From: Myxococcota bacterium
Lineage (GTDB): Bacteria > Myxococcota_A > UBA9160 > UBA6930
Direction: 5' to 3'
DNA length: 64,000 nt
Assembly: GCA_030065975.1 (NCBI GenBank)
Contig: JASJCN010000008.1
Span: 1,047 to 65,046 of the forward strand
Position 1 is the first letter of the stretch; each line of letters opens with the position of its first letter. Under the pieces are notes generated by a model. It had not been told where the DNA came from. It saw nothing but the letters and a program-made list of their open reading frames with translations, and did no database searches. This document shows, in pieces, positions 35,292 to 44,300 of this stretch. Made by a program: the position numbers and the translations under genes.

Positions 35292-37025
35292 CTAGACCTC
35301 GACTCCCACCCAGCCCCGGAGGGTGTCGGGATCGGTCCGGTGCAGGAAGTCGCCGGCCGGAAGGCCTTCGGGGTTGTGATCGCGGATGGCCCGGCAGATG
35401 CCGACCAGCGCCTCGGTGATCTTCTCGCCCGAGATGCGGGGATAGAGCGGGGTGGCCAGCCGGCTGCCCTCGCGGGCCCCGCCCACGAGCACCACGTGGT
35501 CGTTCTTGCCGTACCCGTAGATGCCGATCTCGGCGCTCGGCGGGCGGGCGCAGTTGTTGGGGCAGCCGGTCACCCGGATCACCACGTCGGTGTCGCCGAG
35601 GCCCGCTTCTTCGATGGCATCGCACCAGACCGGCAGGATGTTCTCCGCGTCGGTCATGGCGAGGCCGCAGGTGGGCTTCGCCGGGCACGCCATGGCGTTG
35701 GCCCGCACGGTGGACACCTGTTCGGGTCGGACCGCCCCGTGGCGATCCAGGATGGCCTCGAGGGCCGCCCGGTCCTGCACGCCCGAGAGGATCAGGTCCT
35801 GCTGGGGCGTGAGCGTCACCGAGAGGCCGAGGGTCTCGACGGCCTCGCGCACGGCGGCCCGCTGGGCCCCCTTGAGGCGCCCGGACTCGACCGAGAGCCC
35901 GTAGTAGTGGCCGCCGCCGCGCTGCTCGTGCCAGCCCAGGTGGAGCTGCATGGGCGGGAGCGGCGCCGCCGGGACGTCCTCCACCTCGATGCCGTGCACG
36001 CTGCGCAGCGCCGCGGTGACGGCGTCGGCTCCGATGCGGCGGATCGTGTACTTCCAGCGCGCCTGCTTGCGGTCCTTGCGCTCGCCGTGGGTCTTCTGGA
36101 GCAGCACGATCGCGCGGCAGGCCTCGACGATCTGGTCGCGCGGGATGCGGCCGATGTAGAGGCCCAGATGCGGGGCGGTCTTCGGGTTGTTGTGGGTCAT
36201 CCCGAGGCCGCCGCCGGTGTAGAAGTCGAAGCTCTCTCCATCGGCGTCGGCGGGCACGAGCCCGATGTCCTGGGTCAGCACGTCCACGGAGTTGTCGCCC
36301 GGATGGGCGATCCCGATCTTGAACTTGCGGGGCAGGTAGTGCTCGCCGTAGAGCGGCTCCTCGGGGTTCACCGGCCCGGCGTTGCGGCCCTCCTCGTCGG
36401 AGACGAAGACCTGGAAGTAGGCGCTCGACTGCGGCGCCAGGGCATCGGCGATCTCGACCGCCAGCTCGGAGAGGCGCGGTTTGGCGGCGGGGTCGAGCCC
36501 ATCGACGGGCGACGCCATCACGTTGCGGTTCACGTCGCCGCAGGCCGAGAGCGTGCCGCGATCGGCGTAGCTGCGGTTCAGGTGGCGGATCAGCGGCGCG
36601 AGCGACGGGCCGTAGACGTGGTGGTACTGCACGGCCTGGCGCGAGGTGATGCGCACGGTGCCGTCGGCGAACTGCTCGGCGGCATCGTCGATCGCCAGCC
36701 ACTGGGCCGGCGAGAGGCGCCCGCCGCCCGGGTTGCGGATGCGCACCATGAAGAAGTAGTCGTCGGTCTTCTTGCCGCGCTCGCCGCGCCCTTGCTGCTT
36801 GTAGACGCCGAAGAACTTCGAGAGCTCCTTGGCGGTGCTGCCCAGGGTCTCGGCCTCGCCCTTCTCGAGTGCCTCCACCTCGTCGAGGAAGCTGTGGCGG
36901 CTCTTGCCGTCGTCGACGTAGAAGAGCCCCCGGCTCGCGACCTTGATTCGCTCGTTCTTGGACATCTCCGAGAGGGACGACTCGGCCAGGGTGACGGCCG
37001 GTCGCGCCTCGACATCGCGGGCCAT
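35292..37025 (-). CDS. assimilatory sulfite reductase hemoprotein (siroheme/[4Fe-4S] nitrite-sulfite reductase family)
   Basis: SKNERIK opening, KFFGVYKQ and RITSRQAVQYHHV repeats, and a C-terminal Cys cluster (CPAKPTCGLA ... TGCPNNCARP). Confidence 0.88.
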   Translation of the reverse strand: MARDVEARPAVTLAESSLSEMSKNERIKVASRGLFYVDDGKSRHSFLDEVEALEKGEAETLGSTAKELSKFFGVYKQQGRGERGKKTDDYFFMVRIRNPGGGRLSPAQWLAIDDAAEQFADGTVRITSRQAVQYHHVYGPSLAPLIRHLNRSYADRGTLSACGDVNRNVMASPVDGLDPAAKPRLSELAVEIADALAPQSSAYFQVFVSDEEGRNAGPVNPEEPLYGEHYLPRKFKIGIAHPGDNSVDVLTQDIGLVPADADGESFDFYTGGGLGMTHNNPKTAPHLGLYIGRIPRDQIVEACRAIVLLQKTHGERKDRKQARWKYTIRRIGADAVTAALRSVHGIEVEDVPAAPLPPMQLHLGWHEQRGGGHYYGLSVESGRLKGAQRAAVREAVETLGLSVTLTPQQDLILSGVQDRAALEAILDRHGAVRPEQVSTVRANAMACPAKPTCGLAMTDAENILPVWCDAIEEAGLGDTDVVIRVTGCPNNCARPPSAEIGIYGYGKNDHVVLVGGAREGSRLATPLYPRISGEKITEALVGICRAIRDHNPEGLPAGDFLHRTDPDTLRGWVGVEV

Positions 37026-37160
37026 GGGGTCCTCCAGAGGAGTAGGGGTCGATGGGTGGGGTTCGGGTCGGTCCGCGGGCAGGAGGTGCGCGGAACGGGG
37101 TGCGCTGGCGTTCGGGCAGACGCAGCGGAGGTCCGGCGTGGGAGAAACCAGAGTAGCGGG

Positions 37161-37187
37161 CCCGGAAATTGGCCACCAATTCCCGGG
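37161..37187 (-). terminator. 12-bp-stem hairpin 20 nt after the aminotransferase stop (candidate terminator or operator)
   Basis: CCCGGAAATTGG-CCA-CCAATTCCCGGG pairs 11 of 12. It lies between the aminotransferase stop (37208) and the sulfite reductase start (37025). Confidence 0.45.
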
Positions 37188-37207
37188 TCTACGGATCGGT
37201 TTCTCTC

Positions 37208-38386
37208 TCAGATCAGCTCGAGGAGTCGCTCCACGCTCTCGAAGAGCTCGTCCTCGGGGATGTTGAGCGCCGGGAAGAGGCGCATCACGTTGCCGGCCGT
37301 CACGTTGACGAGCATGCCCGACTCGAGCGCACGCAGCGGCAGGCCGGCGGCGCGCTCGGTGTCGGCGAGCACCAGGCCCTGGAGCAGCCCGCGGCCGCGT
37401 GCCGCCTCCGCCTTCTCCGGATGCTCCGCGGCGAAGCGCGCGAGGCGCGCGTGCAGGCGCTCACCGACGTCGGCCGCCCGCTCCGCGAGCTTCTCCCGCG
37501 TCACCACCTCGAGCACGGCGCGCACCGCGGCCGCAGCGAGGGGATTGCCGGCGTAGGTGCCCCCGTGGTCGCCGAGGGAGACCGTGCCCGCCACCGTCTC
37601 GGTGCACAGGAACGCCGCCACCGGGAAGCCGCCCCCGAGCCCCTTGCCGAGGGTGAGGATGTCCGGCTCCACCGCGTCGTGCTCGAGCGCCAGCATGCGG
37701 CCCGTGCGGCCGATGCCCGTCTGGATCTCGTCGAGGATGAAGAGCGCGCCGTGCTCGTGACACAGACCGCGGACACCGGCGAGGTATCCCGAGGGTGCGA
37801 CGTTCACGCCGCCCTCGCCCTGCACCGGCTCGACGATGAACGCCGCGGTCTCGCCGTCGATGGCGGCGCGCGCCGCGGAAAGATCGCCGAAGGGCACCAC
37901 TACGGGCTCCGCAAGCAGGTCGCGATAGGCATCGCGATGCTTGGGCTGCCCGATCACGGCCAGGGCGCCCAGGGTGCGGCCGTGGAACGACTGGTTCGTC
38001 GACACGAACTTGCGTCGGCCGGTGGCCCGATGGGCCATCTTCAGGGCGCCCTCGACGGCCTCGGCGCCCGAGCTCACCAGGAAGCTCCGGGTGACGCCCG
38101 CCGGGGTCAGCTGGGCCAGCTGATCCGCCACGTCGAGCTGGGGCAGCGTGTAGAAGAGGTTGGTCGTCTGCATCAGCCGACCCGCCTGGTCGCGGATGGC
38201 GTCGACCAGCTCCGGGTGGCAGTGCCCGATGCAGCAGACGCCCCAGCCCGCCGTGAGATCGACGTACTCGCGCCCGTCCACGTCGAACACACGCGAGCCC
38301 AGGCCGCGCTCGATGGCGATGGGCATGCGGTTCACGACGGGAAGGAAATGCGCCGCCTCCCTTCTAGCGAGGGCATCGAGAGACAT
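37208..38386 (-). CDS. class-III (acetylornithine/GABA-type) pyridoxal-phosphate aminotransferase
   Basis: GREYVDLTAGWGVCCIGHCHPELV ... FILDEIQTGIGRTG ... DILTLGKGLGGG (PLP lysine motif). Confidence 0.88.
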   Translation of the reverse strand: MSLDALARREAAHFLPVVNRMPIAIERGLGSRVFDVDGREYVDLTAGWGVCCIGHCHPELVDAIRDQAGRLMQTTNLFYTLPQLDVADQLAQLTPAGVTRSFLVSSGAEAVEGALKMAHRATGRRKFVSTNQSFHGRTLGALAVIGQPKHRDAYRDLLAEPVVVPFGDLSAARAAIDGETAAFIVEPVQGEGGVNVAPSGYLAGVRGLCHEHGALFILDEIQTGIGRTGRMLALEHDAVEPDILTLGKGLGGGFPVAAFLCTETVAGTVSLGDHGGTYAGNPLAAAAVRAVLEVVTREKLAERAADVGERLHARLARFAAEHPEKAEAARGRGLLQGLVLADTERAAGLPLRALESGMLVNVTAGNVMRLFPALNIPEDELFESVERLLELI

Positions 38387-38454
38387 CCGGGGGGTCCTCC
38401 AGTTGGCGGAGCTTCGAACCTCCCTGGCCGGGCGTCAATGGCTACCCTCCCGGG

Positions 38455-38859
38455 ATGGCCGACTCCCCCGACCGCCCGGACGCCGTTCCCCACGTCGTCC
38501 CCGACGTCATCCTGTTGGAGGGGATCCAGATCCCCGCCGCCCTCGGCGTGACCGCCGCCGAGCGCCGCATGCGCCGGCCCGTGACCCTGGACCTCGAGGT
38601 CGAGACCGACCTCCACGCGTCGGGTCGCAGCGATCGCATCGGCCAGACCATCCACTACAAGCACATCTTCGAGGTGGTCGAGGACATCGCCGCGAACCAG
38701 GACCACAAGCTGGTCGAGGCCCTGGCGGCGCGCATCGCCGACGCCGTGCTGGGCAAGTTCGGCGCCGATGCCATCACCGTCACCGTGCGGAAGCCGAAGC
38801 CGATCTCGGGCGTGCTCGAGTACGCGGGCGTACGCATCCGTCGCGAGCGGCAGGGCTAG
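38455..38859 (+). CDS. folB: dihydroneopterin aldolase
   Basis: GVTAAERRMRRPVTLDLEV ... TIHYKHIFEVV ... KLVEALAARIA pattern of FolB. Confidence 0.85.
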   Translation: MADSPDRPDAVPHVVPDVILLEGIQIPAALGVTAAERRMRRPVTLDLEVETDLHASGRSDRIGQTIHYKHIFEVVEDIAANQDHKLVEALAARIADAVLGKFGADAITVTVRKPKPISGVLEYAGVRIRRERQG

Positions 38860-38904
38860 CGCTCCCTGTCCGACCAGCGAGCCCAGGAGGCCCCGCGAAG
38901 TCCG

Positions 38905-39825
38905 GTGAGCCTCGCGGCCGGCGCGACCCTGGACCTCCTGGCCCGGCTGCCCGAGGAGTTCTCGATGCAGGCCGCGAGCGCGTTCGGCGCGGCGTGGTCG
39001 ACGCTCGGTGCACCGCGAGTGGCGACCGCGCTCGCGAACCTGCGCGTGGCGTTTCCCGAGTGGAGCGAGGACGAGCGCCAGCGCGTCTGCGCGGCGTCGT
39101 TCGCCAACGCCGCGCGCTGCGTGGTGGAGTTCGCGCTGCTCGGTCGCATCGCCGAGGAGTCGCTCGGCGAGCGGGTCGAGGCCCAGGGGATCGAGCACTA
39201 CGCCCCGGCCCGCGAGGCCTCGCCCACTGGAGGCGTCGTCCTCATCACGGCCCACCTCGGCAACTGGGAGCTCCTGGCGGTGGCGATGAGCGCCGCGGGC
39301 TTCCCGCTCTCGATCGTCCAGCGCGATCGCGACGACTCGGGGCTCGGGGCCCTGGTGGAGCGCCATCGCGGAGCCGGCGGCGCCGAGCTGCTCGGCCGCG
39401 GAAACGCCGCACGTGCCGCGCTCCGCGCGATCAAGGACGGTCGACTGCTGGTGGCACCCCTCGACCAGAACACGCCGCGCAACGAGGGCGTCTTCGTCCC
39501 CTTCTTCGGCCGGCTCGCCTGCACGCGCAGCGGGCCGATCCGCATCGCCATGCGCACGGGCGCGCCGGTGATGACGGCCTTCCTGTTCCGCAAGCCCGAC
39601 GGCCGGCACCACCTGGTCCGCGTGAGCCCGCCCCTCGACCTGCTCCGCGGCAAGGAGGCGGCATCCGACCCCGAGGCCATCCGCGAGAACGTGGCCCGGG
39701 TGACCCGCGTGATCGAGGCGGCCATCCGCGAGGCGCCCGAGCAGTGGACCTGGAGCCACCGACGCTGGCGCACCCAGCCCGAGGGCGAGCCCCGGCCCTA
39801 TGCCTCGCGGCGCCGAGGCGCCTAG
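38905..39825 (+). CDS. lysophospholipid/lipid A biosynthesis acyltransferase (LpxL/HtrB family)
   Basis: ANLRVAFPEWSEDE ... ITAHLGNWELL (HX4-type motif) ... PLDQN pattern of the family. GTG start. Confidence 0.8.
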   Translation: MSLAAGATLDLLARLPEEFSMQAASAFGAAWSTLGAPRVATALANLRVAFPEWSEDERQRVCAASFANAARCVVEFALLGRIAEESLGERVEAQGIEHYAPAREASPTGGVVLITAHLGNWELLAVAMSAAGFPLSIVQRDRDDSGLGALVERHRGAGGAELLGRGNAARAALRAIKDGRLLVAPLDQNTPRNEGVFVPFFGRLACTRSGPIRIAMRTGAPVMTAFLFRKPDGRHHLVRVSPPLDLLRGKEAASDPEAIRENVARVTRVIEAAIREAPEQWTWSHRRWRTQPEGEPRPYASRRRGA

Positions 39826-39873
39826 GCCTCGCGGCGCCGGGGCGCCTAGGCCTCGCGTCGGCGGGGCACCGAG
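39802..39873. repeat. three tandem 24-bp repeats spanning the LpxL-like stop codon
   Basis: GCCTCGCGGCGCCGAGGCGCCTAG / GCCTCGCGGCGCCGGGGCGCCTAG / GCCTCGCGTCGGCGGGGCACCGAG. The first two units each carry a TAG; the first is the gene stop. Confidence 0.9.
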
Positions 39874-39889
39874 GCCTGATCCGGTCGAC

Positions 39890-40342
39890 TCAGGGAGCGA
39901 CCAGGATCTGGCTCCGAGGCCTCCGGGGCGGGCGCGCCGCCCTCCCCCCGAAGACGCGCACCGCGTGGTAGACGTAGTCGGCCCGCGGCTTGGGCATCCC
40001 GTCCTCGAGGCAGATCAGCCACAAGAGCACGTCCGCCGGCTTGCGCCGTCGCCCCGGGAGGAGCCGCTCGCGCATGAGCTGGTAGCAGGCATCGTGGACC
40101 AGCGAGCCGCGCAGGAAGTCCTTCGTGTCGATGGTCGGGCCGCTCGGGCCGTCCCATGCGTAGCCCTTCTTCAGGGTGAGGCGCCCGCTCCGCGTGAGCG
40201 AGACCCAGCCGCCGGGGCTCACCACCCGCTCCGGGAGCTCCCAGCCCGTCTCGTGGACGTAGCGCTCCATGAGCTGGTACTTGTAGTCGCCGAGCTCGCG
40301 ATACCGGATGGATGCCGCCAAGGCTGCGCCCTCCCCTTCCAA
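39890..40342 (-). CDS. DUF1353 domain protein
   Basis: LTLKKGYAWDGPSGP ... SLVHDACYQL resembles the DUF1353 core. TTG start (ATG alternative downstream). Confidence 0.6.
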   Translation of the reverse strand: MEGEGAALAASIRYRELGDYKYQLMERYVHETGWELPERVVSPGGWVSLTRSGRLTLKKGYAWDGPSGPTIDTKDFLRGSLVHDACYQLMRERLLPGRRRKPADVLLWLICLEDGMPKPRADYVYHAVRVFGGRAARPPRRPRSQILVAP

Positions 40343-40419
40343 CGACTAGCAGAGCGAGCGGGAGAGCGCTCCATCGCAAGCGAAGGACGGTGCGGGCGAA
40401 GCCGCTGTTAGGCGAGCCC

Positions 40420-41265
40420 TCAGGCCGGAGGCTGCTCGTCCTTGCCCAGGGTCAGCACCTCGACCCCGTCCTCGGTCACCAGGCAGGAGTGCTCCCACTG
40501 GGCCGAGAGGCTGCCGTCGCTCGTGAGCGCCGTCCAGCCGTCGTCCTGGATCTCGGTCTTCCAGTGGCCGAGGTTGATCATCGGCTCGACGGTGAAGGCC
40601 ATCCCGGGGCGCAGCTCGTCGCCCGAGCCGGGCGTCCCGTAGTGGAGGATGGTCGGCGCCGTGTGGAACTCGCGGCCGAGCCCGTGTCCGGTGAACTCGC
40701 GAACCACCGAGTAGCCCTGGGCCTCGGCGAAGGACTGGATGGCGTGGCCGATGTCGCCCGTGCGCGCGCCGGGCTTGATGGCGCGGATGCCGAGCCACAT
40801 GGCGTGCCAGGTGTCGGCGGCCAGGCGACGCGCCTTCGGGGCCACGTCGCCGATCAGGAACGTGCGCGAGGTGTCGCCGTGGAAGCCGTCGACCACCGGG
40901 GTGACGTCCACGTTCACCATGTCGCCGTCACGGAGCACGTGGCCCTCGTCCGGAATGCCGTGGCAGACCACGTCGTTCACCGAGGTACAGCAGTGGCCCG
41001 GGAAGGGCGGCGTCCCGCCGAAGCGGCCGCCGTAGCCGTGGGGGGCGCTGCGCGCGCCGCGGGCGCGGGTCGCCTCGTCCACGATGCGATCGATCTCCGC
41101 CGTGGTCATGCCCACGCGGATCTCGCTGGCCACGATGTCGAGCAGGCCCGACGCGAAGCTCCCCGCCTCGCGCATGGCGTCCTGCTCTCCCGGAGTCAGG
41201 ATCGGCGCGATCTCACCGGATCCAACGGATCGGCGGCTCTTGCTCTTGCGGCGGTTTCGCTTCAT
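40420..41265 (-). CDS. map: type I methionine aminopeptidase
   Basis: CHGIP, DMVNVDV, HGDTS, FTGHGLG, TVEPMI and WEHS metal-ligand motifs. Only the last 281 codons of the 2091-aa ORF are credible. Confidence 0.95.
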   Translation of the reverse strand: MKRNRRKSKSRRSVGSGEIAPILTPGEQDAMREAGSFASGLLDIVASEIRVGMTTAEIDRIVDEATRARGARSAPHGYGGRFGGTPPFPGHCCTSVNDVVCHGIPDEGHVLRDGDMVNVDVTPVVDGFHGDTSRTFLIGDVAPKARRLAADTWHAMWLGIRAIKPGARTGDIGHAIQSFAEAQGYSVVREFTGHGLGREFHTAPTILHYGTPGSGDELRPGMAFTVEPMINLGHWKTEIQDDGWTALTSDGSLSAQWEHSCLVTEDGVEVLTLGKDEQPPA

Positions 41266-41284
41266 GGGAACTCGGAGGATAGGC

Positions 41285-41305
41285 GTCGCAGGGGAGCCCT
41301 GCGAC
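41285..41305 (-). other. 9-bp-stem hairpin between the carboxylase stop and the map start
   Basis: GTCGCAGGG-GAG-CCCTGCGAC, perfectly paired. No U-tract. Possible processing or termination element. Confidence 0.4.
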
Positions 41306-41366
41306 CCGGCACCCGAACTGGTATCGGCACCCCTGGCCGCTTCCTGTCGGGTTCCGCAGGGCTTCC

Positions 41367-44300
41367 TCAGGGCCCCTCGTCCAGCCTCTCGATCAGCCAG
41401 CGGCGCATCTCGGCCGGCGGCACCAGGGTCTCGATGGACCCGACGTCGCGGGCCCGCTCCACGGAGTGGATGGCGTCGAACTCGGCGGCGAGCTCCGCCT
41501 GCTTCTCGAGCGTCACCCCGGCGAGCTTCTGGGCGAGCTCCGCCTGATCCTCGCTGCGTCGGCTGCGCGCCGCCCGGGCGCGGAGCTCGCGCACGCGGGG
41601 GTCGGCTTCGGCCCGGGCCTTCACCTCCCGGCCGAAGACGGCGGTCGCGGCCGCGCTGCCTCCGATCACCGATGCGTAGGATCCCGTGAGTGCCGCCACG
41701 CGCAGGCGCGGGTTCAGCGAGCGCGAGAAGACCACGTAGGCGCCGCCGTGGTAGCGGGACACGACCAGGAAGAGGATCGGCCCGCGGAACTCCGTCACGG
41801 CCCGCGCGATCTCGGCGCCGTACTCGAGCTGCAGCTTGCGCATCGACTCGGGGGAGCCGTCGAAGCCGGAGAGGTTCGCGAGCACCACGGCCGGGCGGCT
41901 GCCGCTCGCCGAGCGCAGGGCGCGCGCCACCTTCTTCGACGAGCCGGGGAAGAGGGTTCCGCCGTTCCACTCGGCGGGGCCGTCCACCGGCCGGTGTCCC
42001 TGGCGAGCGATCGCCTGGCTCTCGATCCCGATGAGCGAGACGGCGTGGCCGCCGAGCCGCGTCTCCCACACGATGGCCGTCTCGGCCCCGACCCAGTCCT
42101 CCCAGCGCTCGAGGCGCGGCGCGTCCTCGTCGACCACCGCCGCCATCACCGAACGCATGGGGAAGGGGCGCTTGCGCGCCGGGTTCGTCTCGTCGTCGAA
42201 GATCTCGCCCACGGTGCGGAAGCCGCAGGCCGCGTCTTCGACGGGCGCGAGGCAGGGATCGCGGTCGATCGGGTCGACGCTCTCCTGACGGCGCGGCCCG
42301 GACTCGCCGGGCACCACGTAGGTGATCTCGTGGTGGGCGTGGAGGATCCGCAGCGCCTCTCGCAGGTCGCGTGCGCGCACCTGGGCCTCGCCGTTCGGGC
42401 CCATCACCCGCTCGTGCCCACCGATCGCGATCTCGTCCTCGGCCGAGACCGACCCCGAAGCCTCGAGGGCCGCTCGCCCGGTCAGCACCATGGAGCCGCC
42501 CTCGGTCATGATCAGGATGCCCTTGGTGGTCTGACCCATCGTCGCCAGGGCGTCGAAGTAGCTCTGGGCGCCCACGTTCACGCCGGAGACGATCACGTGG
42601 ATCACGCCGCCGCGGCCGGTGAACTCGACGATGCGGCGCACCACACGGGCGGTGGCGTCGAGGTTCTCGGTCCCGCTGTCGAGCGCGATCCTGGCGCCGC
42701 TCGAGATCGGCACCCAGTCGACGGGAACGCCACGCTCCTCGGCGAGATCGAGGGCGGCCACGATGCGGTCGCACTCGGCGTCGGCGAGGGAGCCCATGCC
42801 CCGGGTCGGATCCGACAGCAGCAGCACGCGTTCCATGCCTTCGGGGATCCCCTCGGTGGGCGTCCGGATCAGGCCGAACACGACGCCCGCCTCGTTTCCG
42901 CCGTAGGAGCGCTCGGCCACGCTGCGCGGGCGGTTCGAGGGCGCGTCCTCGTCGAGGTCGTACTCCTCGAAGCTTCCGGCCGGGATCCCGGCACCGGTCT
43001 CCGGCGCCGTGCCGACGGCGTTCTGGCCGGCGGCGCCGGTGAGCATGCGGATGATCTCGTAGGGATACACGAGGCGGCGACGGCGGGCCTCGGCGACCCG
43101 ACGCTCGCTCTCGTCGGCCGGCTCGAGCGGCGCGTCGCGCGCGTCGCGCCAGTCGACCGTCAGGTTCTGCCCGCTCACGTCCGAGATCACGACCTCGAGA
43201 TCGCGCGCGGGACGCTCGGGCGCCTCGGGGTCGAGCAGGTGCAGCCGCACCAGCACCTTCTCGAGGCCCAGGTTGCGCGTGGCCGGCGCCAGCCTCGAGA
43301 TCAGCTGGGAGACCGTCTCGCGGGGGAGCTCGATGTCCGGGATCACGTGGATCGCGATGCGGTTCCACTGCAGCCGCCGCTTCGGGTCGCGCAGGCCGAG
43401 CTGCAGACGCAGCGTACGGGTCGCCTCGTTGAAGACGTGCTCGAAGGCCGGCACGTGGAGCCGCGCCTCGGTTCCGAGGTCGGGCGTCCGGCTCCGTACC
43501 TCGGCCAGCACCACGATGCGCTCGTCCGAGGGCAGTGCACGGCTTCGCGCCGCGAAGCCGTAGACGTCGTCGCGAGCGCTCAGGAGCTCGAGATCGAACT
43601 CGGCGAGCCGTCCCAGGCCGACCCGTTCGCTGGCCGCCGGGTGCACGCCCCGGAGCGTCTCCTCCAGCCGGTAGCCCTCGGGCGAGGGCACCAGGGTCTG
43701 GTGGGGCGGCTCGCCGGCGGGCGCCACCAGGGTGCGGGTGAAGCGCGCGCACGGAAGCCCGTGACCGAGGGCCACGGCGCAGTCGGAGAGCGAAGTCGCC
43801 GCCTCGGGATCGCCCCGCACGAAGAGCTCGATGGCGAAGGCGGCCGGCCACTCGTGGTTCTCGCGCTCGCGCTCGGCCGCCTGGACCAGGCCCGCGAGCG
43901 CGTTCTTCTCGTTGCCGGCCTCGCACGTGCCGGCCAGGATGGTGCGTCCGCCGGGCAGATCGAGCCGCTCGATCCAGCCGCCCTCGACCTGCACCGCGGC
44001 CTCGCGCGAGGGGATCGCGGGCGCATAGAGCCTTCGCACGTGGACCGAGAGCGCGATCGAGCGGCGCCGCGGGTCGGGGTCGGCGAGCCAGCGACCGACC
44101 CGCTCGAACACCGGCGCCGGCGCATCGGCCAGCTCCCGCAGCACGAGATCGGGCGGCGCCGTGGGCTCGGCCTCGGCCGCCTCGAGCCAGCTCGCCAGGG
44201 CCTTGCTCGCGTGCTCGGCGCGATGGCTGGCCTGGGGCCCGTCGAAGATCACGTAGCGCGCCTCGATGGCCGCATCGGCGACCTCGTGGCCCACCGTTCC

